Source: Dongia mobilis (GTDB lineage Bacteria; Pseudomonadota; Alphaproteobacteria; Dongiales; Dongiaceae). Taken from it: a stretch of 64,000 nucleotides of DNA. Numbering within the stretch: the stretch's first letter is position 1; each line of letters begins with the position of its first letter. Positions 40,102 through 53,745 of this stretch are shown piece after piece. Location: assembly GCA_945906275.1 (NCBI GenBank), contig CAMDRA010000001.1, forward strand, positions 8,504 to 72,503, written 5' to 3'. The position numbers and the translations under genes are program-made. A model generated the notes under the pieces. That model ran no database searches, was not told the DNA's origin, and saw nothing but the letters and a program-made list of their open reading frames with translations.

Positions 40102-40910
40102 TCGCCCGACCAGCCGGCATAGATGCCGTAGAGCAGCACGCAGCCGAGAATGATGCGGTAGATCACGAACGGCGCGAAGCTCGCGCGGCGCAGCCAGTAC
40201 ATCATGAAGGCGATGGCGAGGAACCCGGTGACGGCGGAGAAGGCCACCATCATCAGCGCGCGTTCCACATCGGCATAGTCGCCCGACTGCCACAGCTGGA
40301 TGCTTTTCCAGATGCCGGCCGCGGCGATGGTCGGGATCGACAGCAGGAACGAGAAGCGCGCCGCCTCCTGCCGCTCATAGCCGAGCAGGCGCGCCATGGT
40401 CATGGTGATGCCGGAGCGGCTGGTGCCGGGAATGAAAGCCAGGCACTGGAAGAAGCCGATGGCCAGCGCCGAGCCAGCGGTCATGTGCTCGATGCGCCGC
40501 ACCGTAAGCCCCATGCGGTCGGCGACATAAAGCAGAATGCCGAAGCCGATGAGGGTTCCAGCGATGATGCGGTAATCGCGCAGCGCGTCACCCGCCCAGC
40601 GGTCCAGCATGAAGCCGATGGCGAGCGCCGGCACCGAGGCCACCAGCAGCAGCCAGATCAGCCGCGCGCGGTTGTCGCGTTTGCCCTGCGCGATCTTCAC
40701 CAGGCCGCCCGTCATGTTGGCGACGTCGCGCCAGAAATAGACCAGCACGGCAAGCAGCGTCCCGACATGGGCCGCCACGTCCAGGGTCAGGCCCTGGTCC
40801 GTCCAGCAGAACAGTTTCGGCACCAGGATGAGGTGGCCGGAGGAGGAAACGGGCAGGAATTCAGTGATGCCTTGCACCACCGCCAGGACCAGGATGTCGA
40901 TATTGGGCAC
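40092..40910 (-). CDS. uppP: undecaprenyl-diphosphate phosphatase
   Basis: VVQGITEFLPVSSSGHLIL ... PGTSRSGITM are the conserved BacA/UppP motifs. Confidence 0.93.
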   Translation of the reverse strand: MPNIDILVLAVVQGITEFLPVSSSGHLILVPKLFCWTDQGLTLDVAAHVGTLLAVLVYFWRDVANMTGGLVKIAQGKRDNRARLIWLLLVASVPALAIGFMLDRWAGDALRDYRIIAGTLIGFGILLYVADRMGLTVRRIEHMTAGSALAIGFFQCLAFIPGTSRSGITMTMARLLGYERQEAARFSFLLSIPTIAAAGIWKSIQLWQSGDYADVERALMMVAFSAVTGFLAIAFMMYWLRRASFAPFVIYRIILGCVLLYGIYAGWSGECL

Positions 40911-41042
40911 GCTACAGCAATCCCCACCGGGCGGGCATCTGGGCGGTCAACCGCCCCACGCGCCGCTTTGCTTGCAAGAGTATCAGCAGAATCAGTGTGT
41001 TGGCTTATAGCACGTGACCGGAATCCTGCCGATTTGATAATT

Positions 41043-41059
41043 AGTACCGATTTGGTACT
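41043..41059. promoter_or_regulatory. perfect dyad AGTACC-N5-GGTACT in the uppP / gltD divergent region
   Basis: Read directly from the sequence. Geometry resembles NtrC-type (TGCACC-N5-GGTGCA) or other dimeric regulator sites. About 200 nt upstream of the gltD ATG. Confidence 0.3.
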
Positions 41060-41254
41060 GTATTTCACCCTGAGAGCCCCAAAATTACCCCGGCGACCCA
41101 GTATCTGACCTGGCGGACAGAAAATAAGTCAGTATCAGTGTCCTGATTTCTCATTTCCTGATTGATCTGACAAATCAGCCTGATATTGTTTTCAGCCCGG
41201 CCCCTGAGAAAGCCGGGGCGAAGCCTGACGAAAGAGCCAAAGCGAGGGAATGCC

Positions 41255-42697
41255 ATGGCGGAGAAGCTGCTAAAATTCGTGTCGATCAACCGGTCGATGC
41301 CCGATAAGCGCTCCGCCGGTGATCGCCGCGATGATTTCGGCGAGATCTATGCCGATTTCGCCGCCAAATCCGCCCAGGTCCAGGCCAGCCGCTGCTCGCA
41401 ATGCGGCGTCCCCTTCTGCCAGGTGCATTGCCCGCTCAACAACAACATCCCCGACTGGCTGAAGCTCACCGCCGAGGGCCGCCTCGAGGAAGCCTAAGAG
41501 ATCTCGGCCGCCACCAACACTTTCCCCGAGATCTGCGGCCGCATCTGCCCGCAGGACCGGTTGTGCGAAGGGAACTGCGTCATCGAGCAATCCGGCCACG
41601 GCACCGTCACCATCGGCGCCATCGAACGCCATGTTACCGACACCGCCTTCGCGAAAGGCTGGGTCCAGCCGGTCAAACCCGCCCGCGAACTGGCGCAGAC
41701 GGTCGGCATCATCGGCGCCGGGCCCGCGGGTCTGTCTGCGGCCGAGGCGCTGCGCCGCAAGGGCTACCAGGTCACCATCTATGACCGGTATGACCGGGTG
41801 GGCGGCCTCCTCATCTACGGCATTCCCAACTTCAAGCTCGACAAGCAGGTGGTGGCGCGGCGCGAACAGCTGCTCCGCCAATCCGGCATCAAGTTCGAAC
41901 TGAATGTCGAGATCGGCCGCGACATCAGCCTCGATGATTTGCGCCAGCGTCATGACGCCGTCCTGATCGCGACCGGCGTCTACAAGGCGCGCGACCTCGC
42001 CGCCCCCGGCTCGGGATCGACGGGCATCGTGCCGGCCCTGCGATATCTCACCGCCGCCAACCGCGACGGCCTCGGCGACAAGGTCATCGAGATCGCCAAC
42101 GGCGAACTCAACGCCAAGGGCAAGAATATCGTCGTCATCGGCGGCGGCGACACCGCCATGGATTGCGTGCGCACCGCCATCCGCCAGGGCGCCAAATCGG
42201 TGAAGTGCCTCTATCGCCGCGACCGCGCCAACATGCCGGGCTCGCAGCGCGAGGTTGCCAATGCCGAGGAAGAAGTCGTCGAGTTCATCTGGCAATCCTC
42301 GCCCTCGGCCTTCCTCGACGACGATAACGGCCATGTGCGCGCCGTGCGTGCCGAGCGCATCCATCTTGGCATGGTCGATGCAACCGGCCGCCAGACACCG
42401 CGCATCATCGAAGACTCCGCCTTCGATCTCCCGGCCGACATCGTCATCAAGGCGCTGGGCTTCGAGCCTGAGGACCTGCCGCAGCGCCTGAAGGCGCCGG
42501 CCTTGTCGATCACCAAGGCCAGTACCGTTCGGGTCAACTGGCGCAACCTCACCACCACCATCCCCGGCGTGTTCGCGGCGGGCGACATCGTGCGCGGTGC
42601 CTCGCTGGTGGTCTGGGCGATCCGCGACGGCCGCGATGCCGCCGCCGGCATCGACGTCTATCTCAAGGAAAACACGCGCAAAGCCGCGGCGGAATAA
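41255..42697 (+). pseudogene. gltD: glutamate synthase (NADPH) small subunit, reading frame broken by one in-frame TAA at 41495..41497
   Basis: ORFs 41186..41497 and 41561..42697 are in the same frame. Translation across the stop reads ..[44 protein letters not shown].., one continuous conserved GltD segment. Total length is 481 codons including the two stop codons (internal TAA and terminator). Confidence 0.85.
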
Positions 42698-42708
42698 GGA
42701 ATCGGATC

Positions 42709-47241
<4,533 letters not shown>

Positions 47242-47264
47242 AGACGAGCGACCGCTACGGCGAC

Positions 47265-47717
47265 GTGCCCATTCGGTGCCGCGCCGTGGCGGCCGCCATC
47301 ATTGCCGGGCAGGGCGAGGCGGCGCGCATTCTCGCCTTGCGCCGCGCCGGCGACGTGGCCGGCGGTGCCTGGGGATTGGTCACGGGCAGCATCGAGCCCG
47401 GTGAAACCGCAATCGCCGCCATCCGGCGCGAAATCGCCGAGGAGACCGGCATCAAGGTGCTGGACCTGTTCACCACGGGCCTTACCGAGACCTTCTATTT
47501 CGGTCCAGATAATGTACTTGAGCTGATGCCCATCTTTGTGTCCCTTGTGCCGGCGTCGGTCACGGTGACGCTCGATCATGGCAGCGATCAGTTCCGCTGG
47601 TGCAGCCGTGCCGAGGCTTCGGAACTGTTCAGCTTCGCCGGCCAGCGCCGGGCCGTGGCCGATATCTGGCATGATTTCGTCGATCAGGCCCCGGCCCCGT
47701 TCAGGAGACTTCTCTGA
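47265..47717 (+). CDS. NUDIX hydrolase
   Basis: Nudix box GSIEPGETAIAAIRREIAEETGI. GTG start at 47265. The stop overlaps the next start (TGATG). Confidence 0.8.
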   Translation: MPIRCRAVAAAIIAGQGEAARILALRRAGDVAGGAWGLVTGSIEPGETAIAAIRREIAEETGIKVLDLFTTGLTETFYFGPDNVLELMPIFVSLVPASVTVTLDHGSDQFRWCSRAEASELFSFAGQRRAVADIWHDFVDQAPAPFRRLL

Positions 47718-48268
47718 TGCACCCCGTCTTGATTGTGCCGGGCCTCGGCAATTCCGGCCCGCAGCATTGGCAGCGTCTGTGGCAGGCGGAACTGGGGCCG
47801 CGGGCGCGCGCGGTCGAACAGGCCGATTGGGACCGGCCCGATTTTGCCGATTGGATCGCGCGCCTTGATGCCGCGATAGCGACCAGCCCCGAGCCGCCGG
47901 TGCTGGTGGCGCACAGCCTCTCCTGCGCCCTGGTGGCGCATTGGTCGGTCCAACAGAACCATGCAATCGCCGGCGCCATGCTGGTGGCGCCGGCCGATGT
48001 CGATTCGGACGCGCACACGCCGCCGGAAACGCGCGCCTTCCGGCCGATGCCCATGGCAACCTTGCCCTTCCACAGCATCGTCATCGCCAGCAGCGACGAC
48101 CCCTATGTCGACCGCAACCGGGCAGCGGCCTTCGCCACAGCCTGGGGCAGCCGCTTCGTCGATATCGGCGCCGCCGGACATATCAACACGGGATCAGGCT
48201 TCGGCGCCTGGCCGCTCGGCCGCCTGCTGCTCGACGAACTCTGCGCCGCTAGCGCGGCGTCAGGCTGA
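47717..48268 (+). CDS. RBBP9/YdeN-family alpha/beta serine hydrolase
   Basis: MHPVLIVPGLGNSGPQHWQ..WQ....VLVAHSLSCALV... is the typical YdeN-like pattern. 183 aa. Confidence 0.7.
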   Translation: MHPVLIVPGLGNSGPQHWQRLWQAELGPRARAVEQADWDRPDFADWIARLDAAIATSPEPPVLVAHSLSCALVAHWSVQQNHAIAGAMLVAPADVDSDAHTPPETRAFRPMPMATLPFHSIVIASSDDPYVDRNRAAAFATAWGSRFVDIGAAGHINTGSGFGAWPLGRLLLDELCAASAASG

Positions 48269-48758
48269 GCATTGGCCCGCGCGGCGTAAGACCTGCGAGC
48301 CGCGCCGCTTCGTCGAGCGCTACCGCATGGGCGATGCGCCATCGTCTGTCGGCATGGCGCAGCGTGTAGCTGCAGGAAAAGCCCGTGACCTCCATGCCGC
48401 GCGCATTGCCGAGTGACCAGCGCACCACTGCCCGTGCAAAATCAGGGCTGAGTGTTTTCAGCTTCAGATCCACGATGCTGGCCGAGACCAGCCCGCGTTG
48501 CCGGTAGCCGGCAAAGAGCCGCGCCATGGCCGCGCGCAACTCACCGCGTGCCGTGAAGCTCGCATTGCCGCCCTGCGTCGAGATGAGGCAGGGCAGGTCA
48601 TAGAAGCCGGCGACCGCCTCGGCATCAAAATCGAAACTGGCGGCATCATAGGATTTGAACAGGCATTGGAGATCCGCTGTCGGATCGGGTGATCGCGGCG
48701 GCTGCGGCGCAGCGGCACGCGCCGTTGCGTACCCGGAAGAACTGGTTTCGACATACAT
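48249..48758 (-). CDS. hypothetical protein, possibly NTF2/SnoaL-like fold
   Basis: ORF 48249..48773 (codon at 48773 is TTG) trimmed to ATG at 48758, which has GAGG upstream. There are no diagnostic motifs; the fold guess rests on length and pattern only. Confidence 0.4.
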   Translation of the reverse strand: MYVETSSSGYATARAAAPQPPRSPDPTADLQCLFKSYDAASFDFDAEAVAGFYDLPCLISTQGGNASFTARGELRAAMARLFAGYRQRGLVSASIVDLKLKTLSPDFARAVVRWSLGNARGMEVTGFSCSYTLRHADRRWRIAHAVALDEAARLAGLTPRGPMLSLTPR

Positions 48759-49058
48759 GGTCTGCAACCTCAAGGCTCTCGGAACGCCGCCGGCGCAGCT
48801 TGGGCGCGGGACATGGGGCGTTCCGGAATGTCTCTGCTGGGCGCCCAGTTGATCGGAAGGCGGTTGATCGGAAACAGTGAGATGACCGATTTAGAACCCT
48901 GGGCGCGCGATCGGGCCCGGCCTGAACGGATCAGGCCGGGTTGATAACTCGCGGCGCATGCGCGCGATGAAAGCGTCGAGACATGGAAAGACTTTAACAA
49001 AGCCACGGATTACGTCAAGTTGCTGGCACGCGCCCCCTCAGCAAGCAGCAACAGACCC

Positions 49059-49622
49059 ATGATACCCCTCGTTCCTTTTCACTTCGTGCGCCATGGCGAG
49101 ACCGATTGGAACAAAACCGGCCGCATGCAGGGAAGACGGGATATCGCCTTGAACGCGACCGGCGAGGCCCAGGCCGAAAAGTTGCGGCCACATATCGGCG
49201 GCCATGGCTTCCGCACAATCGCCGCCTCGCCCCTGTCGCGCGCTCGCCGCACGGCCGAGATTCTCAACCGCGACCAGAAATTGCCGCTGCATCTGTTCGA
49301 TGAGTTGCAGGAATTCGATGTCGGTCCCTATGAGGGGACCGAGGCGCGCGACTGGTTCCTGGAATGGCGCCTCGGACGACCTGTGGCCGGCGTCGAGAGC
49401 TTTGCCGATTTCACGACCCGCGTCCGCAGCGCCATGCAGCAGGTGCTGGCACTGCCAGGGCCGGTGCTGGTCGTCGCCCATGGCGGTGTCGTCTGGGCGC
49501 TCGAACATCTGATGGGCCTGCCGGTCGAAACCGATCTCCCCAACACCATTCTGGCCCATTTCAGGCCGACACCCGATACAGCACCGCGCTGGCGGATCGA
49601 TGTGCTGGAGACACAGGCATGA
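49059..49622 (+). CDS. histidine phosphatase family protein (PGM/CobC-like)
   Basis: ORF 49020..49622 with ATG at 49059. Catalytic FVRHGETDWN motif, later LVVAHGGV. Confidence 0.8.
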   Translation: MIPLVPFHFVRHGETDWNKTGRMQGRRDIALNATGEAQAEKLRPHIGGHGFRTIAASPLSRARRTAEILNRDQKLPLHLFDELQEFDVGPYEGTEARDWFLEWRLGRPVAGVESFADFTTRVRSAMQQVLALPGPVLVVAHGGVVWALEHLMGLPVETDLPNTILAHFRPTPDTAPRWRIDVLETQA

Positions 49623-50281
49623 TCGATCCGGAACTCCTCATCCGCTTTCCGCAATTGAGCAAGCTTGATGCCGCGGCGGCACAGCGTCTCGCGGAACATG
49701 CGCGCCCCATTGCTGCACCCGCCGGCACCATCCTGGCGCGGCCGGGTGAGGCGCTGCCGCATTTCGTCCTCCTCACCAAAGGCATCGTCAAGGTGCGGGG
49801 CCTCAGCGAGGGCGGCCGCGAAATCGTGCTCTACCGGGTGGCTGCGGGGGAAACCTGCGTCCTTTCTTCCGCCGCCTTGCTGGGTCACCTGTCGCTCGGC
49901 GCCGAGCTGGTTGCGGAAACGGATATCGCCGGCTTCGCCCTCCCCGATTCCGTTTTCCAGGAACTGATGGCAACAGCGCCCGCCTTTCGCCAGCTGGTCT
50001 TCGCCACCTTCGGCGCCCGCCTCCACGAGATCGTGGCCCTCCTTGAGGATGTCGCCTTCCGCCGCATCGATACGCGCCTTGCCGCCTATCTGCTGGCGCA
50101 GGGTTCCGCGCGGCCGCTCAGCGTCACCCATCAGGAGATTGCCGCAGAGCTCGGCACGGCCCGTGAAGTCGTCAGCCGGCAGTTGAAGGAATTTGAACGC
50201 CGCGCCTGGGTCAAGCTCACCCGCGGCCAGATCGAGATCGCCGACCGGGACGCCTTGTCGCAGCTCGGCGCCGCCGATTGA
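49619..50281 (+). CDS. Crp/Fnr family transcriptional regulator
   Basis: ATG at 49619 forms an ATGA overlap with the preceding stop. cNMP-binding-like N-domain and C-terminal HTH (THQEIAAELGTAREVVSRQLKEFERRAWV). Confidence 0.82.
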   Translation: MIDPELLIRFPQLSKLDAAAAQRLAEHARPIAAPAGTILARPGEALPHFVLLTKGIVKVRGLSEGGREIVLYRVAAGETCVLSSAALLGHLSLGAELVAETDIAGFALPDSVFQELMATAPAFRQLVFATFGARLHEIVALLEDVAFRRIDTRLAAYLLAQGSARPLSVTHQEIAAELGTAREVVSRQLKEFERRAWVKLTRGQIEIADRDALSQLGAAD

Positions 50282-50369
50282 TGGTGGGGTCGGTGACGAA
50301 ATCACTGACCCCTGCCTCCGATCGGCCTAGTCTTGCACCATAACAACCAGCGGAAATGGAGATATCGTC

Positions 50370-50561
50370 ATGGGCAAGAATATCGGAACGCTCGACCGGG
50401 CCATGCGCCTGATCGTCGGCATCGTGCTGATCGCACTGGTCTTTGTCGGCCCGCAGACGCCATGGGGCTGGATCGGCATCGTGCCGCTCGCCACGGCCCT
50501 CATCGGATTCTGCCCGGCCTACCGCCTCATTGGCCTCAATACGTGTGGCTTGCGCAAATAG
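50370..50561 (+). CDS. DUF2892 (YgaP-like) small membrane protein
   Basis: MGKNIGTLDRAMRLIVGIVLIALVF.....GWIGIVPLATALIGFCPAYRLIGLNTC is the characteristic DUF2892 pattern. Confidence 0.8.
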   Translation: MGKNIGTLDRAMRLIVGIVLIALVFVGPQTPWGWIGIVPLATALIGFCPAYRLIGLNTCGLRK

Positions 50562-50603
50562 GACTGTTTCGCCGATGTCCCGGGGCGATTGAGCCGCCTT
50601 GGG

Positions 50604-50663
50604 CCAGGGAACACCAGGGGGAACACCAGGGGGAACACCAGGGGGAATATCGGGGGAGGAACA
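50604..50663. repeat. 12-bp tandem repeat CCAGGGGGAACA, about 4.5 units, intergenic
   Basis: Units at 50604 (shortened), 50614, 50626 and 50638, plus a degenerate one at 50650. Read directly. It lies between DUF2892 and the pentapeptide-repeat gene. Confidence 0.85.
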
Positions 50664-50731
50664 TCGGGCTTGTGAGGTCGGGTCCGGAACGGCACGATGG
50701 GCGGCATCGAGTCGTTGTTACTGGTCCGGTG

Positions 50732-51778
50732 ATGGATCCCCAGGCGCCCAAGGTTCTCAAGAAGCTGACCCTCAATGCCGGTGCCCTGCGCCGGCTGGCC
50801 GAGGTGCATCGCAACTGGCGTCTCGGCCGGGTCAATGGCCAGCGCCTGATGCTCAGCGAATGCAACCTCGCCAAGCTCGACCTCAGCCTGATGGATTTCA
50901 CCGACGGCTATCTGGTGCGGTGCAATCTGGAACGGACCAATCTGCGCGGCACCATCTTCCGCGGCGCTGTCCTCACCGGCTCGATCTTCGATGAAGCGGA
51001 CCTCACCGGCGCCAATTTCGAGCGCGCCGACATGCGCGGCGCCGTCTTCCACGGCACGGACATGACGCGCACGGCGTTGGCCGCCGCCGATTTGCGGCAG
51101 GATTTCAGCCAGCGGACGGGCGGGGCCGGGACCCAATGGGACGAGGCGCCGGCCTGCCGTTTCCGCGGCGCCAAGCTGGCCCAGACCATCTTCAAGGACG
51201 CAAAGCTGGTGAGCGTCGACTTTTCCGGCTCCTACATGCTGGAGACCGATTTTTCCGGCGCGGATATGCACCGCACCAGTTTCGCCGCCGCCGAGATGCA
51301 GGCGATCCGCCTCACCCATGCTGAGCTGGAGGATGCCGATTTCAGCCATGCCTCGGTCGACCAGATGACTCGCGACCAGGTCCGCGCCGCGCAATTGCCG
51401 GTGGGATCGGCGCCGCGCCTGTCGCCGGGTGAAGTGAAGGAACGATTGGGCCTACACGCGCGCTGGGTCGACACTCTGGGCCAGGCCGGACAGCGCCTGG
51501 AATTGGAAGGCTTCGATCTCTCCGGTCTCGATCTTTCGCGCACCAACCTTGCCGCGGCAAGGTTGGTCTGCTGCCGCCTCACCCGCACCAACCTGCGCCG
51601 CGCCTGGCTGCTTGCAACCGATCTGCAGGGCGCCAATATGTCGGAAGCGGATTTGAGCGGTGCCGATCTCCGCGGCGCCGATCTGCGCGAGGCGCATCAG
51701 CGCGGGCTCACCGCCGACGAAGCAAAGACCGGCGAGATTCCGGGAATCGGCATGAAGACGCGCGGCTTCCGGAGCTGA
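50732..51778 (+). CDS. pentapeptide-repeat protein
   Basis: ORF 50333..51778 trimmed to ATG at 50732. Long runs of A(D/N)LxG pentapeptides (ADLTGANFERADMRGAVFHGTDMTRT.., ADLSGADLRGADLREA). Confidence 0.8.
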   Translation: MDPQAPKVLKKLTLNAGALRRLAEVHRNWRLGRVNGQRLMLSECNLAKLDLSLMDFTDGYLVRCNLERTNLRGTIFRGAVLTGSIFDEADLTGANFERADMRGAVFHGTDMTRTALAAADLRQDFSQRTGGAGTQWDEAPACRFRGAKLAQTIFKDAKLVSVDFSGSYMLETDFSGADMHRTSFAAAEMQAIRLTHAELEDADFSHASVDQMTRDQVRAAQLPVGSAPRLSPGEVKERLGLHARWVDTLGQAGQRLELEGFDLSGLDLSRTNLAAARLVCCRLTRTNLRRAWLLATDLQGANMSEADLSGADLRGADLREAHQRGLTADEAKTGEIPGIGMKTRGFRS

Positions 51779-51781
51779 CCG

Positions 51782-52987
51782 GTGCCCCCATCCGATACCC
51801 CCGGGTCCGATCTTTATGACTGGCTGGCCGAGGCCGGTCTCAGCAACAAGCCGCTCAAAGAAGTGCTGGAAGGTTTCTGCGCGCAGATCAATGATTCCGG
51901 GATCGACCTGTCGCGCGCGCTCATCGCCACCGCCGCACTCGACCCGTCGATCCGCGCGCAATCGCTGACCTGGGAGCGGGAGGGCGGCACGCAGCATGCG
52001 AATTTTCCGCACGGCGAATCGAGCATCGCCTGGCGCGATGGGCCGCTCGCCATGATGATCCGCACCGGCACCGGCATGTTGCGCCGGCATCTGGACCAGC
52101 CCCTGGCAGCCGATGATTTCCTGCTCTTCTCCGAATTGAAAGATCAGGGCCTCACCGATTGGGTGGCCTTTGCCCATTGGTTTCATTGGGACGCCGAGCA
52201 TATCGAAGGCGGCGGCATGGGCATGGTGAGTTCCTGGGCAACGCGCAATCCGGAAGGCTTCTCCGAGGCGCAGATGGCATACCTGCGGCCGCGCGTGCGC
52301 GCCCTCGCCGCCACGGTCAAATCGCTCGTTGTCGTCGAGAGCGCCTGCGACGTGCTCTCCGCCTATGTCGGCGAGGATGCCGGCCACCGCGTCATGCGCG
52401 GCGCCATCACGCGCGGCAGCGTCGACAATGTCCGCGCCGTCCTCATGTTCGCCGACCTCCGCGGCTTCACCCGCTACAGCGCCGAGCAGCCGATCGACGA
52501 GACGCTGGCCACCCTCAATGACAGTTTCGATTGCGTGGGCGAGGCGATCGCCGCGCAAGGCGGCCAGATCCTCAAATTCATGGGCGATGGCGTGCTGGCG
52601 ATCTTCCTGCTGGATCAGGACCAGCCCGACGAGACCGTCGCCCACAAGGCGATCACCGCCGCCATCGAGGCGCAACGCCTGCTCACCGCCGCCGCCTTGC
52701 CCCTCGCCCTCGACATCGCCCTCCATGTCGGCACCGTCAATTACGGCAATATCGGCACGTCCCGGCGTCTTGACTTCACCGTAATCGGCCAGGCCGTCAA
52801 CGAAGTGGCACGCATGGAATCGCTCTGTGGTGCGCTGGGTGAATCGATTCTGGTGTCGGGCGATCTCGCCGCGCTGCTGCCGCAGAATGCAGAACGCCTG
52901 AGGCCGTTGGGGCCTCAGGCGTTGCGTGGTCTTGCGAACCGGATGAACGTCTACGCGATCAGCGCCGCTCCACCATCAGCTTCTTGA
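51782..52987 (+). CDS. class III adenylate/guanylate cyclase with uncharacterised N-terminal domain
   Basis: [14 protein letters not shown]...[11 protein letters not shown]...[32 protein letters not shown] is the CYTH-unrelated class III catalytic core. GTG start at 51782. Confidence 0.85.
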   Translation: MPPSDTPGSDLYDWLAEAGLSNKPLKEVLEGFCAQINDSGIDLSRALIATAALDPSIRAQSLTWEREGGTQHANFPHGESSIAWRDGPLAMMIRTGTGMLRRHLDQPLAADDFLLFSELKDQGLTDWVAFAHWFHWDAEHIEGGGMGMVSSWATRNPEGFSEAQMAYLRPRVRALAATVKSLVVVESACDVLSAYVGEDAGHRVMRGAITRGSVDNVRAVLMFADLRGFTRYSAEQPIDETLATLNDSFDCVGEAIAAQGGQILKFMGDGVLAIFLLDQDQPDETVAHKAITAAIEAQRLLTAAALPLALDIALHVGTVNYGNIGTSRRLDFTVIGQAVNEVARMESLCGALGESILVSGDLAALLPQNAERLRPLGPQALRGLANRMNVYAISAAPPSAS

Positions 52988-53735
52988 TCTCGCCGATGGC
53001 TTTGGCGGGGTTCAGGCCCTTGGGGCAGGTTTTGGTGCAGTTCATGATCGTGTGGCAGCGATAGAGGCGGAACGGATCTTCGAGATTGTCCAGCCGCTCG
53101 CCGGTCGCCTCGTCGCGGGAATCGGCGATGAAGCGATAGGCCTGCAGCAGGATAGCCGGACCCAGATACCGATCGCCATTCCACCAATAGCTGGGGCAGG
53201 AGGTCGAGCAGGAGAAGCACAGGATGCATTCCCACAACCCGTCGAGCTTGGCGCGCTCCGCCGGCGATTGCAGGCGCTCGCGGGTCCCTGGGGGCGTGTC
53301 CGATTTCAGCCAGGGCTCGATCGTCTCATACTGCGCGAAGATATGGTTGAGGTCGGGCACCAGATCCTTCACCACCGGCATGTGCGGCAGCGGATAGATC
53401 TTCACATCGCCCTTCACTTCCGAGGTGAACTTGGTGCAGGCCAGCGTGTTGGTGCCGTCGATGTTCATGGCGCACGACCCGCAGACACCTTCACGGCAGG
53501 AACGGCGGAAGGTCAGCGTCGAATCGATCTCGTTCTTGATCTTGATGATCGCGTCCAAAATCATCGGGCCGCAGGCATCCATGTCGACTTCATATGAATC
53601 GATGCGCGGATTGGCGCCGGTATCCGGATCCCAGCGATAGATCTGGAATGTCTTGATGTTCTTCGTCCCCGCCGGCGCCTTCCAGAGCTTGCCGGTTGTG
53701 GGTTTCGAATTCGCTGGCAGTGTCAACTCGGCCAT
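52959..53735 (-). CDS. sdhB: succinate dehydrogenase iron-sulfur subunit
   Basis: [31 protein letters not shown] and [17 protein letters not shown] Cys clusters. Confidence 0.95.
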   Translation of the reverse strand: MAELTLPANSKPTTGKLWKAPAGTKNIKTFQIYRWDPDTGANPRIDSYEVDMDACGPMILDAIIKIKNEIDSTLTFRRSCREGVCGSCAMNIDGTNTLACTKFTSEVKGDVKIYPLPHMPVVKDLVPDLNHIFAQYETIEPWLKSDTPPGTRERLQSPAERAKLDGLWECILCFSCSTSCPSYWWNGDRYLGPAILLQAYRFIADSRDEATGERLDNLEDPFRLYRCHTIMNCTKTCPKGLNPAKAIGEIKKLMVERR

Positions 53736-53745
53736 GATGCGGTCC

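Noticed and set aside
50604-50663. Tandem repeat considered as a CRISPR array or minisatellite-encoded peptide.
   Set aside because: The units are 12 nt with no spacers, far too short for CRISPR. No cas genes are present. No credible start codon places the repeat inside a protein.
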